The notes: generated by a model not told the origin, from the sequence alone. A stretch of DNA of 64,000 bases from an uncultured archaeon (GCA_964559215.1 CAZLFZ010000001.1:75287-139286), one strand, 5' to 3'; positions 26,856 to 36,952 are shown, counted from the first letter of the stretch. A program made the numbers and translations.

Positions 26856-27374
26856 CTACCACACAACGACTTCAATCGTTGCGATTTTGTTATCGGCTGG
26901 AATAAAACCGAATCTGGTAACTGTGGCACGTGATGCAATGTGATGCCAGATTGTAATATTTTCGGGAGGCGTACGACCGCACACGACGTATTCATGACCG
27001 TCAGTCCCATTCACCACCACATGCATGTGGTGCAATTCGGTGTATGGAAGGTCCTCAATCATACTGAAGTTGTACAACACATCAAGATAGTTGTAGTAGC
27101 ATGTATGGTTAAAATCCTGCATTTTGGTCTTGTCCAATAAAGGCCATTCACTGACAATTCCATTCACAGGATCGTTTAACAAAACCTCGGATATCTGTAT
27201 AGCCTTGCTTTCCAAAAAATTGGACAGAAAGCGCGCATGATATAGGTTCATGTTGATGGACAAATAATTGACGGCATAGACTATGATGCCAAAGAGTATG
27301 AATATCGCTATCACAAATTCGAAGACAAGCTGACCCTTCATTTTATCCATCCCGTATTCCGCTTCGACTCTCAT
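26856..27374 (-). CDS. Type IV pilin-like protein (class III signal peptide)
   Basis: MKG/QLVFEF with Glu at +5, followed by a hydrophobic helix; ATGA-coupled to the upstream platform gene. Confidence 0.7.
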   Translation of the reverse strand: MRVEAEYGMDKMKGQLVFEFVIAIFILFGIIVYAVNYLSINMNLYHARFLSNFLESKAIQISEVLLNDPVNGIVSEWPLLDKTKMQDFNHTCYYNYLDVLYNFSMIEDLPYTELHHMHVVVNGTDGHEYVVCGRTPPENITIWHHIASRATVTRFGFIPADNKIATIEVVVW

Positions 27375-28294
27375 GACGGAAACATGCCCATCTTAGCCAA
27401 AAATATGAAAATGAATATGGAAACAGAAATCATTATCAGGGAATGTTTGGTGCCGGCAACAACGGAGTTCTCTCCCAGCTGCCCTGCTATGAGACCCGAA
27501 GATAGTCCCTGTATCAGCAAAACATAGAAAAACAGCGCTACATAGTAACATGCCATCGATTCAGGGGAGATGTCAAGCATCGAGCAGGTCAAGGAGAATA
27601 ACCCGCATGGAAATGGAATCGCCAACTGGGTGCAAGGATTGCTAAAGCTTGTGAAGCCCATACCTCCCATATCCCCCATTTCGGTTTCTGGCCCTCCCAT
27701 AGATGTAGGACTCATCATAGGCACCAAGATGTATATTATCATAATAACGATGCCGAGGAAAAGGAAGAAAATGCCATAGGTTATCATGACATGCTGGTTG
27801 GTGACACTCTTTCTTTGCTCCTCCGCTTCCCTCAGCATATTCATGTTCTTGGCAGCGGAGTCAAGCGTGGCAACCACGTTCCCCCCGGATTTGTAGGACT
27901 CCTTTATTATGTTCAGAACTTCGATTATGGACGGAGAATCCTTAACCCCCTGCTCGAATATTTCCAGAACCCTCAGAAAAGGCACACCCCAGGATAACTT
28001 ATTGGACATAGTCTTTATTTGGCCAGTCAGCTTTCCATAATTCGTTCTAGCTGCCATGTCTATTGCCGATTCCAGTGTCATCCCCGACCTCTTCGAATCG
28101 GCGAGGTCTCTGATGAAATTCGGAAACTGCCTTTCCACGCTCTTCAGCCATGCGTACTTTGAATACCTGTAGGCAAAATACGGGACAACGGCTATGAACA
28201 TGGCTATTATGACAGAGTTGCCAACAACGCCCGGATCCCCGGCGAGGAGAAGGGAAACCGCAATCACCACAACTCCTATTGCAATTGGTATCAA
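27371..28294 (-). CDS. Type IV pilus/T2SS F-family (TadC-like) membrane platform protein
   Basis: FPNFIRDLADSKRSGMTL...NYGKL...LSWGVPF...SGG; C-terminal GLIAGQLGE. Confidence 0.88.
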   Translation of the reverse strand: MIPIAIGVVVIAVSLLLAGDPGVVGNSVIIAMFIAVVPYFAYRYSKYAWLKSVERQFPNFIRDLADSKRSGMTLESAIDMAARTNYGKLTGQIKTMSNKLSWGVPFLRVLEIFEQGVKDSPSIIEVLNIIKESYKSGGNVVATLDSAAKNMNMLREAEEQRKSVTNQHVMITYGIFFLFLGIVIMIIYILVPMMSPTSMGGPETEMGDMGGMGFTSFSNPCTQLAIPFPCGLFSLTCSMLDISPESMACYYVALFFYVLLIQGLSSGLIAGQLGENSVVAGTKHSLIMISVSIFIFIFLAKMGMFPS

Positions 28295-28339
28295 CGTTGT
28301 TTTTGCTCTGATTCCTAGCTCTATTTTGAATCACCTAAG

Positions 28340-29188
28340 TTATTTTAATGGGGAAAGACCCTTCAATAAAATAATGAATCCCATGGATGTGATAGGAACA
28401 AAAAAGAAAACCAGAAAGGTCTGTACCAGCAGTATGTCTCCGCCTACGAGTGGCGACATCACGCTCGATAAAACGATGAAAAAAAGCGTCCCCACGATGA
28501 TGAGCGTTATGTATATTTCGGTATAAAAGTTTATCTGGTTGGAATAGGAGTCCAGCATCCTTTTATATTGCTGCATGCTCACCGCTGTTTTTTCAGAAAG
28601 ATATTTATAAATGTCCCCCCCTGTCGTTATGACAGATATCATCCCCCACAGTAGCTCAGACCAGACCACTGATGGGGTCCTGTTGGCAACCTTTGCCAAG
28701 GCCGAAGATATGTCAGTGCCAAACATCTTAACATCCCTGTATATCCTGTTGGAGTCTTCCCCGATAACACCTCTCCTTACACTAAGCATCTTGAATATTT
28801 CCATGGGATGGGTTCCCGAGCTTGCCGCTGCAGTCATGGAAGCCACAGCAAAAGGCAAATCCTGTTCTATGCGCGACTGCATGTTCTTTGCTTTCATGCT
28901 GGGATACCAGTAAAAAGCCACAAATGTCGCGCCAGACAACAAAAAAGAAATTATTATGCTGAGGGTGTACGAAAAAATCGCCTTGGCGGTAAAAACCGTT
29001 ACGAAAAAAGAGCCAATCGGCATAGATATGATGAAGGCCAGCAACGAAGAAAAGAGGGAGATTGAAAGATATTCCTGCAAACTCAACTTTATGTGCGCAC
29101 TCTTAATCTTAACCTCAAGGGGATCGAAATAATCAAGATAGGGAGCAACTATACCACCAAACATTCTGACAGACAATTCCCTGAACAT
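28340..29188 (-). CDS. Second T2SS F-family (TadB/TadC-like) platform protein
   Basis: IEQDLPFAVASM...DVKMFGTDISSAL...TPS...TTGGD. Confidence 0.88.
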   Translation of the reverse strand: MFRELSVRMFGGIVAPYLDYFDPLEVKIKSAHIKLSLQEYLSISLFSSLLAFIISMPIGSFFVTVFTAKAIFSYTLSIIISFLLSGATFVAFYWYPSMKAKNMQSRIEQDLPFAVASMTAAASSGTHPMEIFKMLSVRRGVIGEDSNRIYRDVKMFGTDISSALAKVANRTPSVVWSELLWGMISVITTGGDIYKYLSEKTAVSMQQYKRMLDSYSNQINFYTEIYITLIIVGTLFFIVLSSVMSPLVGGDILLVQTFLVFFFVPITSMGFIILLKGLSPLK

Positions 29189-29196
29189 GTTAATTC

Positions 29197-31047
29197 CTAT
29201 CCAGCAGGCTCTTCAATAAATGACATGACATTTTCCGGATTTGTGTAATAACCATTCACAATTCTGCTAACCTCGTTGTAGTCGAACATCTTGAGGTCCC
29301 GCATCCATTGCAATATCCTCTTCCTCCTCAGAATCTCCACTTGCACACTTTCCTGAGTCATCCCGGACATCCTCGCAACGTTTTCCAAGACCTTTGAATC
29401 CATCTTTGTAACAAACCTGTCCTTTATGGGCACCCACTCGAAAATTTTTACGGCAAAAGGCCTGTCATTCTTAATCCCCACCACTTCACGTATTTCAACA
29501 GCCCTCCTGACATCCCTTCCCCTAACCTTCACCCTTTGCAGGAATATTATTATATCGATATTTTCTATGAGCGCGGGAGGCAACGAAATTGGCGGTGTTA
29601 TCAGTCTGTCCACGAGCTGGGGCAATGAGGCAGCGTGTATTGTTGCGAGTGATGGGTGTCCTGTAGCGATCTGCTGGAACAGCACGAAGGCCTCCCGGCC
29701 CCTGACCTCCCCCACCACCAGATAGTCAGGCCTCTGCCTCAGACTCGATTTTAGCAAATCGAACAAGGTCACTTCCCCAACTTTTCCTTTGACGGAAAGG
29801 GGAGACCTGGCAACTTCAGGGACCCAGTGGGTATGGGGCAGCCTGAGCTCGGGGGTGTCTTCAATGGACAATATCTTCAGGTCGGGCTTTATAAAAAGAG
29901 ACAGGGCATTCAGTAACGATGTCTTGCCGGTCGCTGTGCCGCCAGATATGAGGATAGACTTGCCACTCTCTATGGCCATCCACAAATACGCCAGTTGCAT
30001 GCTGTTCAGCGTTCCGTAGTGCAACATGTGCGTCGGAGTCAGTGGGTAGAAGGTGAATTTCCGGATGGTGAAATTCGAGCCCCTCCTAGCTATATCCGTG
30101 CCCATGGTGCACTGCACCCTGCTTCCGTCCGGCAGGGCGGCATCAAGCAGAGGCTCGGCGATTGATATGGACTTTCCGCACTTCTGGGCCAGCTTTAAAA
30201 CGTACTCATCTAACTCGCTTTTGCTCTCGAACCAGAGATTGGTCCTCATTGACCCGAATTTCGGATTTCTGTGATAGACATAGATAGGTATTTTCTCCCC
30301 GTCGCAGCTAATGTCCTCTATCTCGGTGTCTTTCATCATGGGGGTTATCATACTAAGCCCGATTATCTCCTTTTCTATGTTATACTGCAGGATAGGGATT
30401 TTCGCGGGGTCTACATTCGGCATTTCCACGAGAGAGGCCTGAACCTCTTTTCTCAGCATTTGCTTGGCCTTTATTTCTCCTAGCTTGGAAAAATTGACAT
30501 CAAGCCTTTCTTCGACATTCCTTTTTATCCTTTCTATTACCTCTTTGTCTTGGGGTGACATTCTGGGCTCTACGACATTGTAAACCACTGCACCAATTTT
30601 TTCGTCCCATAATATATGGGCATATGCAAAAACAAACTCCCCTCTCTTTGGTTGTGCCGGTATAAGAGGGTACTTCATATCCACATCTCGTAATTCTCGC
30701 ACCTCTATAGGCAGGCCAAATCGCATGCCCTTGATATGAGCCATTCCTGTCGGCAAAGGGACGCCTGCGTACACAATTTCTTTGGTCTCCCCTTCCTTAC
30801 CGCCAGCCTCCTCGGCACCCTTCCCCTTCTCTCCCCCTTTCAACTGTATATTGAGTGCCTGGGAAAGGGGAAAGGGCATCCCCATGAATTGATCCACGGC
30901 CATGCTCTGCACCCTCTCCTGATTTTTCTGAACTTCCTTTTCCTTTAAAGCGATATAACCCGTTTTGAACTTTTTCGCAATGCGCCTGGCACTGAGAGAA
31001 GAAAGTTTTATGTTCTTTTTTTTCACTTTTGGCAATTTTAGGCGCAT
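29197..31047 (-). CDS. Type IV pilus assembly ATPase (TadA/VirB11/FlaI-like)
   Basis: IEDISCDG, LDAALPDGSRVQ, Walker A GGTATGKT, SIEDTPE, RQRPDYLVVGEVRG and TGHPSLATIHA; likely start MRLKLP at 31047. Confidence 0.95.
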   Translation of the reverse strand: MRLKLPKVKKKNIKLSSLSARRIAKKFKTGYIALKEKEVQKNQERVQSMAVDQFMGMPFPLSQALNIQLKGGEKGKGAEEAGGKEGETKEIVYAGVPLPTGMAHIKGMRFGLPIEVRELRDVDMKYPLIPAQPKRGEFVFAYAHILWDEKIGAVVYNVVEPRMSPQDKEVIERIKRNVEERLDVNFSKLGEIKAKQMLRKEVQASLVEMPNVDPAKIPILQYNIEKEIIGLSMITPMMKDTEIEDISCDGEKIPIYVYHRNPKFGSMRTNLWFESKSELDEYVLKLAQKCGKSISIAEPLLDAALPDGSRVQCTMGTDIARRGSNFTIRKFTFYPLTPTHMLHYGTLNSMQLAYLWMAIESGKSILISGGTATGKTSLLNALSLFIKPDLKILSIEDTPELRLPHTHWVPEVARSPLSVKGKVGEVTLFDLLKSSLRQRPDYLVVGEVRGREAFVLFQQIATGHPSLATIHAASLPQLVDRLITPPISLPPALIENIDIIIFLQRVKVRGRDVRRAVEIREVVGIKNDRPFAVKIFEWVPIKDRFVTKMDSKVLENVARMSGMTQESVQVEILRRKRILQWMRDLKMFDYNEVSRIVNGYYTNPENVMSFIEEPAG

Positions 31048-31106
31048 AAAAACCTCGTTAAACGTTGGATATGGGATTAAAACCCTCTTATTCAGGCATG
31101 CAAGTA

Positions 31107-31523
31107 TCACTCTAATATAATATTATATCCTCTCTTATAAATTATAATTTCACCTTTACTGCTTGTCGAATTTCCTGAAAATGTGTACCTCTTACCCAGT
31201 TGATATAAATCCGAAGTGGCGGTAATCCCTGTCTCCCTGATAGTTACATTGAGCCTTGAACCTGTAAAGAGCATATCATATCCCTCACCGCTTATTTTTT
31301 TCGGTATTTTCAATTCAGCAGAAACGTTCAAATGCTCGAATTTGCTGAGCTGCAGGACCTGAGCAGAAATAAGGTCTCTCACGGCCTTTACCTGGTCATT
31401 TGCCGATACATCAGTAAAATAGGACTGGTAGAGCTGAAAAAGCCCGAAGCAAACTATAAATATTGCCACAGAAATCATGAATATCAGCACCTGCTCAAAA
31501 ATAAGTGTCTGGGCTTTTCTCAT
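31107..31523 (-). CDS. Pilin-like protein (class III-like signal peptide)
   Basis: MRKA/QTLIFEQ followed by a hydrophobic helix; lies in the pilus operon. Confidence 0.65.
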   Translation of the reverse strand: MRKAQTLIFEQVLIFMISVAIFIVCFGLFQLYQSYFTDVSANDQVKAVRDLISAQVLQLSKFEHLNVSAELKIPKKISGEGYDMLFTGSRLNVTIRETGITATSDLYQLGKRYTFSGNSTSSKGEIIIYKRGYNIILE

Positions 31524-31634
31524 AATAATTGTATATGAAAGCTGGAGTTATATGTTTTAGGCATGCCGACTCCGTCAAGCAAACCCGGAAAATCCCCAAA
31601 AGAATTAGCCTGCATATTTTAGTGGCAGGAGCAA

Positions 31635-32249
31635 CTATCCTATTTTCACATCAATCAAGGTTTTGAGCACCTCTACATCACCAACGGTTTCCGTCTTGGT
31701 TCCCTTGTAAGAGACGCTGACCTTGTCGTTGCCGGTTTTACCACCCGATTCCACAACTATCTTGTAACCTTTCTTCGGGACGACGTTTGCATGCAGTTCC
31801 CTGTAGGTCAGCTTCAGCGTGAACAAAAATTGGGTCTCGTAAGGTTTGCTCTCCAGCGTTATGATCCTGGGGGATTCCCCGTATGTACCGTTTGGCTCTA
31901 TGTGTTCGGTTTCTATCGGTATTGGTACGCTCTTGTCGCCTATCGCCAGCATGGGCTGATTACTAAGGAATTGGAAAGTAATACCGTTCTCGGACTCGTT
32001 CACAAACAAGTATGCGCCGGGAATGGCGGGGATGTTTAGCGCCTTCTCGCCCCTGTTCCTGGCCACATCCAGTATTTCACCGTTAAGTTGCATTATGAAA
32101 GACTCTGCTGTAGCGATGTCGGTGATGGCAGACCTCTTCTCTATAAGAGGTTTCCCCCAGAAATAAGCGGCACCCGCCAATGACATCACGATGCCTGTTA
32201 TCAACACCAGGGAAATGGCCTGGACCTGTGCTTTGCGCATCTTCATCAC
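31635..32249 (-). CDS. Pilin-like protein (class III-like signal peptide)
   Basis: MRKA/QVQAISLVLITGIVMSLAGAAYFWG. Confidence 0.65.
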   Translation of the reverse strand: MMKMRKAQVQAISLVLITGIVMSLAGAAYFWGKPLIEKRSAITDIATAESFIMQLNGEILDVARNRGEKALNIPAIPGAYLFVNESENGITFQFLSNQPMLAIGDKSVPIPIETEHIEPNGTYGESPRIITLESKPYETQFLFTLKLTYRELHANVVPKKGYKIVVESGGKTGNDKVSVSYKGTKTETVGDVEVLKTLIDVKIG

Positions 32250-32299
32250 CTATAAATAATATTTGCCAGCCAGATATAAAAATAAGGGCTTATTTGTCC

Positions 32300-32707
32300 C
32301 TAGCACTGCACTGAAGCGGTCAGGGTTCTGCCGCCTGCCAAAAACCTGAAGAGGCAGAGACGCGCGCAGCTCATGTTGTATCTGACCACCTGACCCGGGG
32401 TAATTGTATCGCCTTTCGTTGCATTAAGGTAATTGCCGCCCAGGTCATACCATTTACCTTGTGGGTCTGAACCACTGGTGGTGTTTATCACGGTTATGTC
32501 GGCCACTTTAATCTCCTGCGTACCTGTATTGCGTACTAAAATAATGCCTTCATCCCCCGCAATGCAGTAGGAATCCATGACTTGTATGTTCTTGCCCACG
32601 ATACCCTGCCAGTACGATAACAGATATGTCCATGTGGCACCGGCCAAGGCTACCGTTATCAGCAGCAGCACTATTATCGCTATAATTGGTGTTATGCCCT
32701 TTCTCAT
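32300..32707 (-). CDS. Archaeal type IV pilin with archaellin-like N-terminus
   Basis: MRKG/ITPIIAIIVLLLITVALAG; IILVRNTG; likely start 32707. Confidence 0.85.
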   Translation of the reverse strand: MRKGITPIIAIIVLLLITVALAGATWTYLLSYWQGIVGKNIQVMDSYCIAGDEGIILVRNTGTQEIKVADITVINTTSGSDPQGKWYDLGGNYLNATKGDTITPGQVVRYNMSCARLCLFRFLAGGRTLTASVQC

Positions 32708-32751
32708 TTTTCCACCATCATTAACTGTGCCGCACTGCACCATTTCATTAC

Positions 32752-33210
32752 TCACCTTCGGTACATGCTGGCAAATCCCAAATAAATCCTTTTCAGTCTT
32801 TTGTCTATTGTTTCCATAGCTGAGAGCATCGTGTGGCTGGCTTCCAGCGACTTTTTGTTCTGTTCTACCATTTCGCCCAGCTTGTCGGCGAGGGGTTTCA
32901 TCACCTCTGGCCCTATTCCTGCCCCAGCCGTTTCCTCTTGTGACGCCTCTTTCAGAATATTCATGAAATCGTTAAGAGTGCCCATCAGCGTGTCTATCTT
33001 CCCTGGCACTTTTGCCAATTCGTCTCTCAGCTCCGCGTTTGCCTTTACAACGTCATCTATTATCCGCTGATTGCTTTTTATGAGTTCTATTACCTGCTCC
33101 ATCAGCTTTTGGACCTGGCTTGTGCTTGAAGTATCTTCTACCTTTTCGAGCCTTTTCTCAATCCTTCTTATGGGAGAAGTCGGTATCACCTCGTATTCAT
33201 CATTGCCCAT
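32752..33210 (-). CDS. Hypothetical coiled-coil protein at the head of the pilus cluster
   Basis: 152 aa ORF with heptad-rich helices; normal gene spacing. Confidence 0.7.
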   Translation of the reverse strand: MGNDEYEVIPTSPIRRIEKRLEKVEDTSSTSQVQKLMEQVIELIKSNQRIIDDVVKANAELRDELAKVPGKIDTLMGTLNDFMNILKEASQEETAGAGIGPEVMKPLADKLGEMVEQNKKSLEASHTMLSAMETIDKRLKRIYLGFASMYRR

Positions 33211-33313
33211 GTTATATTAATTGGCTGTTTTACAATATAAATGTTTTGCTCAATGCTGGCGCTTAAACCGGGAACAAGAATTCCATAACACCGGAATAGA
33301 GAAATCAACGGCT

Positions 33314-34981
33314 CTAGTACTCGGGCATGCCACCGGGAGGCATACCCCCACCGGGAGGCATCCCGCCTCCTGCTCCTCCAGCCGAACCGCTCGATGCTAT
33401 GAGGTCGTCTATCCGCAATATCATTTCCGCGGCTTCTGTTGCCGATTTCACAGCCTGCAATTTTATTTTGAGAGGTTCTACGACGCCTTCCCTTAACATG
33501 TCAACAACCTTTCCCGAGAAGACATCAAGGCCGCTTGCAGACTTTCCCTTTTCATGCTCTGAGCGGAGCATAGCGAGCTTGTCTATAGGATCCATGCCAG
33601 CGTTTTCCGCCAGGCATCTCGGTATTGTCTCCATGGCATTGGCGAATGACAGTATGGCCAGTTGCTCCCTGCCGCTGAAAGAGTCCGCGTACTTCCTGAC
33701 AACCCTCGCTATCTCTATCTCTGATGCACCGCCTCCAGGAACCATTTTGCCAAGTTCCAGAGTCGCTGCAACGTCTTTTACCGCATCTTCTATGGCCCTC
33801 TCTACTTCGTCCACGACGTGCTCTGTTCCGCCTCTTATAAGGATGGTTACAGCCTTGGGGTCTTTACATTTCTCAACGAATATCATTTTGTCCGTGCCCA
33901 CCTTCCTTTCTTCTACGTCCCCTGCGTATCCAAGGTCGTTACTTGAAAGTTCGCTAATATTGCTTGCTATTTTGGCTCCAGTGGCTCTTGCCAGTTTCTC
34001 CATGTCGGATTTCTTGACCCTTCTGGCCGCGAGAACGCCTTTCTTGGCCAGAAAATGCTGAGCTACATCATCTATCCCTTTCTGGCACAGCACCACGTTT
34101 GCCCCGACTTTGATTATATTTTCCACCATAGCCCTCAGCATTTTTTCCTCCTCGTTCAAGAAGGCCTGCATCTTTTCCGGGGAGTCTATGCTTATTTTTG
34201 CATCACCCTCCAGCTCCTTGACCTCTACCGCAGCATCTATCAACGCTACTTTCGCATTTTTTACGTATCTTGGCATGCCGCTGTGAACAACTTCCTTGTC
34301 TATAAGTATGCCCTCTATGAGCACGGTGTCCACAATTGAACCGCCATGCTTTTTTTCCATTTTGATATTTTCAGTATCTATCTCGGTCTTGTTGCCGTTC
34401 ACCACCGCTACCCTCTTAGCGGCCTTTACAGTAAGATCTGACAAGTATTCTGAGGCCCTCTCGGCAGACTTACCAGTCATGGCTGTATTCGCTATCTGCC
34501 TGAGACTCTTTTCATCCCCGATACCAACATCACTGGCAATCTTTTCCAAGGCCTGCAGAGCCTTTGTTTTGGCCAGTTTGAATCCCCTTGTAACAATTAT
34601 GGGGTGAATCTCCTGTTCCAGCAAGTCACCGGCCTTTTTCAGCAACTCGCCCGCCAAGACTACGGCAGTGGTGGTCCCGTCGCCAACCGCCTCGTTCTGG
34701 GCCTTGGCAACCTCTACCATCATCTTGGCTGCAGGATGCTCTATCTGCATTTCCTCGAGTATGGTCACACCATCGTTGGTTATTGTTATGTCACCCAGCG
34801 AGTCCACCAACATCTTGTCCATACCCTTCGGACCCAGTGTGGTCTTAACGGTGTCTGCCACGGCCTTTGCCGCAGCTATGTTGTTTGTCTGAGCGTCCTT
34901 ACCCTTGGACCTGAGAGTGCCCTCGGGCAAAATTAGAATAGGCTGTACGCCTGCTTGACCTGATTGTGCGAAATTTACCAT
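33314..34981 (-). CDS. ths: Thermosome subunit (group II chaperonin)
   Basis: [33 protein letters not shown] and GGM-repeat tail. Confidence 0.98.
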   Translation of the reverse strand: MVNFAQSGQAGVQPILILPEGTLRSKGKDAQTNNIAAAKAVADTVKTTLGPKGMDKMLVDSLGDITITNDGVTILEEMQIEHPAAKMMVEVAKAQNEAVGDGTTTAVVLAGELLKKAGDLLEQEIHPIIVTRGFKLAKTKALQALEKIASDVGIGDEKSLRQIANTAMTGKSAERASEYLSDLTVKAAKRVAVVNGNKTEIDTENIKMEKKHGGSIVDTVLIEGILIDKEVVHSGMPRYVKNAKVALIDAAVEVKELEGDAKISIDSPEKMQAFLNEEEKMLRAMVENIIKVGANVVLCQKGIDDVAQHFLAKKGVLAARRVKKSDMEKLARATGAKIASNISELSSNDLGYAGDVEERKVGTDKMIFVEKCKDPKAVTILIRGGTEHVVDEVERAIEDAVKDVAATLELGKMVPGGGASEIEIARVVRKYADSFSGREQLAILSFANAMETIPRCLAENAGMDPIDKLAMLRSEHEKGKSASGLDVFSGKVVDMLREGVVEPLKIKLQAVKSATEAAEMILRIDDLIASSGSAGGAGGGMPPGGGMPPGGMPEY

Positions 34982-35092
34982 ACTTCCACCTTCCTTTTAT
35001 TTTGATTTTTAAACACAATTATCGCTAATTTTTATGAGTATTAATATTAACAGGGTTTAAAAAGTTATGTGTTTGGCGGTATATACTTCTCT

Positions 35093-35992
35093 TTACCGCC
35101 TCTCAGCAACGTGGTCCATGAATTCTTTGCAAGTGTCCATGCCTTTTACTTCTCTCAGAGAGATAACAGGTATGCCACGCATGTTTTTCACATCCCCACA
35201 CGCGGTTATGAATAGAGGGCGCAGATCAAACTCGCTTTCCAGTTCCTGCAGCACATCCGCATGCGCAACAAGCCTTTTTTTGTCCCGAGACACCAACGAA
35301 ACCAGCGCTCCCCGCTCTTTTATTACGAGGTTAAACGGCGACCTGGACAGAAAAGAAAACATGAAGCCCATTCTTTCCAGGTGGCTGCTAAGAATTTTCT
35401 TGAACGAGCTTCGTGGCTCTTTGTTAACAGCGCCATAAGCCCTTTCTATGTTTATATCGCTGTTTATTTTGACACCCATGGCCCTTTCAATCACCTTGCA
35501 TGTTCCCCTGTCAATTATTCCCCCTTTGCCGCACTTGTACAACGTCTTCAAGCTCAAGCCGGAAATAGAAGAAAGTTCACCCAGGGAAATCTCCATCTCG
35601 TCCATACCACTTTTCAGTTTTTTTGCATTCACCCTGACTGTGAATCCCCCTCTCCTGCTTTTTACTGCTGGCATCACACCATTGACAAACTTGGTGAATG
35701 TCTGGGGCGACATGGCCGCTACCCCGAACCGCTCATATATAACGGATTCTTCCAGCTCGTATCTGTTGGCCTTTCCCCCTACTAAAAAGGGGAACGTGTC
35801 CAGAAAAAATGAAAGCGCTTTGAGGTCGTCTGCCTCGCTAAGGGTGAACGAATCAACATTCATGAGAACCTTCAGCGCGATAGAAACATTTTTCCTCGCT
35901 AGCAGATCAAAACAGCCGGAACCAGATGAAACCTTGTAGCCTTCGTCGACAAGGCATCTTTCCATGCTCTCTATTATCATTTCCCGTTCCAT
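35093..35992 (-). CDS. Archaeal HTH-type transcriptional regulator (COG1395-like)
   Basis: CFDLLARK...LKVLMNVDS...VIYERFGV...RRGG followed by an XRE-like HTH. Confidence 0.82.
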   Translation of the reverse strand: MEREMIIESMERCLVDEGYKVSSGSGCFDLLARKNVSIALKVLMNVDSFTLSEADDLKALSFFLDTFPFLVGGKANRYELEESVIYERFGVAAMSPQTFTKFVNGVMPAVKSRRGGFTVRVNAKKLKSGMDEMEISLGELSSISGLSLKTLYKCGKGGIIDRGTCKVIERAMGVKINSDINIERAYGAVNKEPRSSFKKILSSHLERMGFMFSFLSRSPFNLVIKERGALVSLVSRDKKRLVAHADVLQELESEFDLRPLFITACGDVKNMRGIPVISLREVKGMDTCKEFMDHVAERR

Positions 35993-36114
35993 GTAATGAA
36001 TAAGTGCATGATAGCTTTAAAAACAATAAATAATTATATTCTAAACCCCATAAAGAATAATACAAGCTTTTAGAAAAAGCTTGAGCAAAGGCATGTGACT
36101 ATCTAGACACCGAT

Positions 36115-36275
36115 GGGCTCGTAGCTCAGCTTGGCTAGAGCGCCAGTCTTATAAGGCTGCCGGGCGTTTCGGCCCGGTAAACGTAGAAGCTGAAGGTCGA
36201 GGGTTCAAAGAGCGGCCGTGAAGGAGCGGTGTTAAAATTTAACATTGTGGCTGCCTGGAATTCCCTCCGAGCCCA
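36115..36275 (+). tRNA. tRNA-Ile(UAU) with two introns: ~36154-36187 (37/38 or 38/39) and 36210-36261 (59/60, T-loop); CCA not encoded
   Basis: Acceptor GGGCUCG/CGAGCCC+A, D-stem GCUC/GAGC, loop CU-UAU-AA, short variable loop AGGUC, T-stem GAGGG/CCCUC; the T-loop intron forms a BHB with H = UUCA/UGGA. Confidence 0.88.
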
Positions 36276-36276
36276 T

Positions 36277-36585
36277 TCATTTTCTTTTTAGTAACCCAAA
36301 AAGCCAAGGCAGGTGCTCGTACACGTAGATCGTTATCGCAACGCAGAATCCCTCAGTCAGCGTCATGCTGAGAGGAACAGTGAAGAAGAAGATCAAATAA
36401 TGTTGAACTGAATATCCATAATAACCAAGAATCGAGCTTGGAACATCAAAAACGAAGAAGGCTGTGAGCGAACCGAACACGAAATAGAAGAAGAATCTCA
36501 CATTCCTCTCCCTCCACATGATGAAAATAAACGCCGCTAAAAACGCAACAAGCGACAGAAACCAGAAAAGGGCTGGACTGATCAT
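36277..36585 (-). CDS. Small three-TM membrane protein
   Basis: 102 aa hydrophobic ORF, ATGA-coupled to its upstream neighbour. Confidence 0.65.
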   Translation of the reverse strand: MISPALFWFLSLVAFLAAFIFIMWRERNVRFFFYFVFGSLTAFFVFDVPSSILGYYGYSVQHYLIFFFTVPLSMTLTEGFCVAITIYVYEHLPWLFGLLKRK

Positions 36586-36863
36586 TTTTTGAACCTCCCG
36601 CTAATCCTGTTCCCAAGGAAATACGAGAAACTTACCCAGTGGAAATACAACAAAAGGGTAAGCACGGAAACCCCGAAGAATTGCGGTTGGGAAACGTAAT
36701 ACCAAAGACCAATATAAGCACCGACAGGCTCCCAAACAGCGGCCAGAATAACGGTAAAAACGCCCAGGCAAACATAATTTTTTATGTTCTTCCGCTCGAT
36801 CCACAGTATTAAAAACAGCGGCAAGGTAACAATCAAAAAGAACGCTGCATGTTCGAGGGTCAT
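36582..36863 (-). CDS. Small three-TM membrane protein with weak lycopene-cyclase-domain-like pattern
   Basis: 93 aa; WE...IGLWYY...FFGV pattern; apparent paralog of the downstream gene. Confidence 0.6.
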   Translation of the reverse strand: MTLEHAAFFLIVTLPLFLILWIERKNIKNYVCLGVFTVILAAVWEPVGAYIGLWYYVSQPQFFGVSVLTLLLYFHWVSFSYFLGNRISGRFKK

Positions 36864-36952
36864 GCTATGATTTTATCGGCGGCGAAATAAATATGACAAA
36901 GGGGTATAAGCGACTTTGAGCGACTTAAAAACCCAATCGATAATATAAATCC

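Noticed and set aside
29197-32707. Archaellum (motility) operon
   Set aside because: No FlaH-, FlaF/G- or single FlaJ-type genes; two separate Tad-like platform genes and short pilins indicate a type IV pilus.
33327-34061. Long antisense ORFs, for example 33327-34061, 9478-10356, 55191-55883 and 3420-4127
   Set aside because: They lie opposite well-supported genes and lack motifs; they are codon-bias shadows.
36148-36188. Alternative splicing to give tRNA-Leu(UAG)
   Set aside because: The variable loop is only 5 nt (Leu tRNAs have a long arm), the body resembles archaeal tRNA-Ile, and no BHB supports a 33/34 cut.
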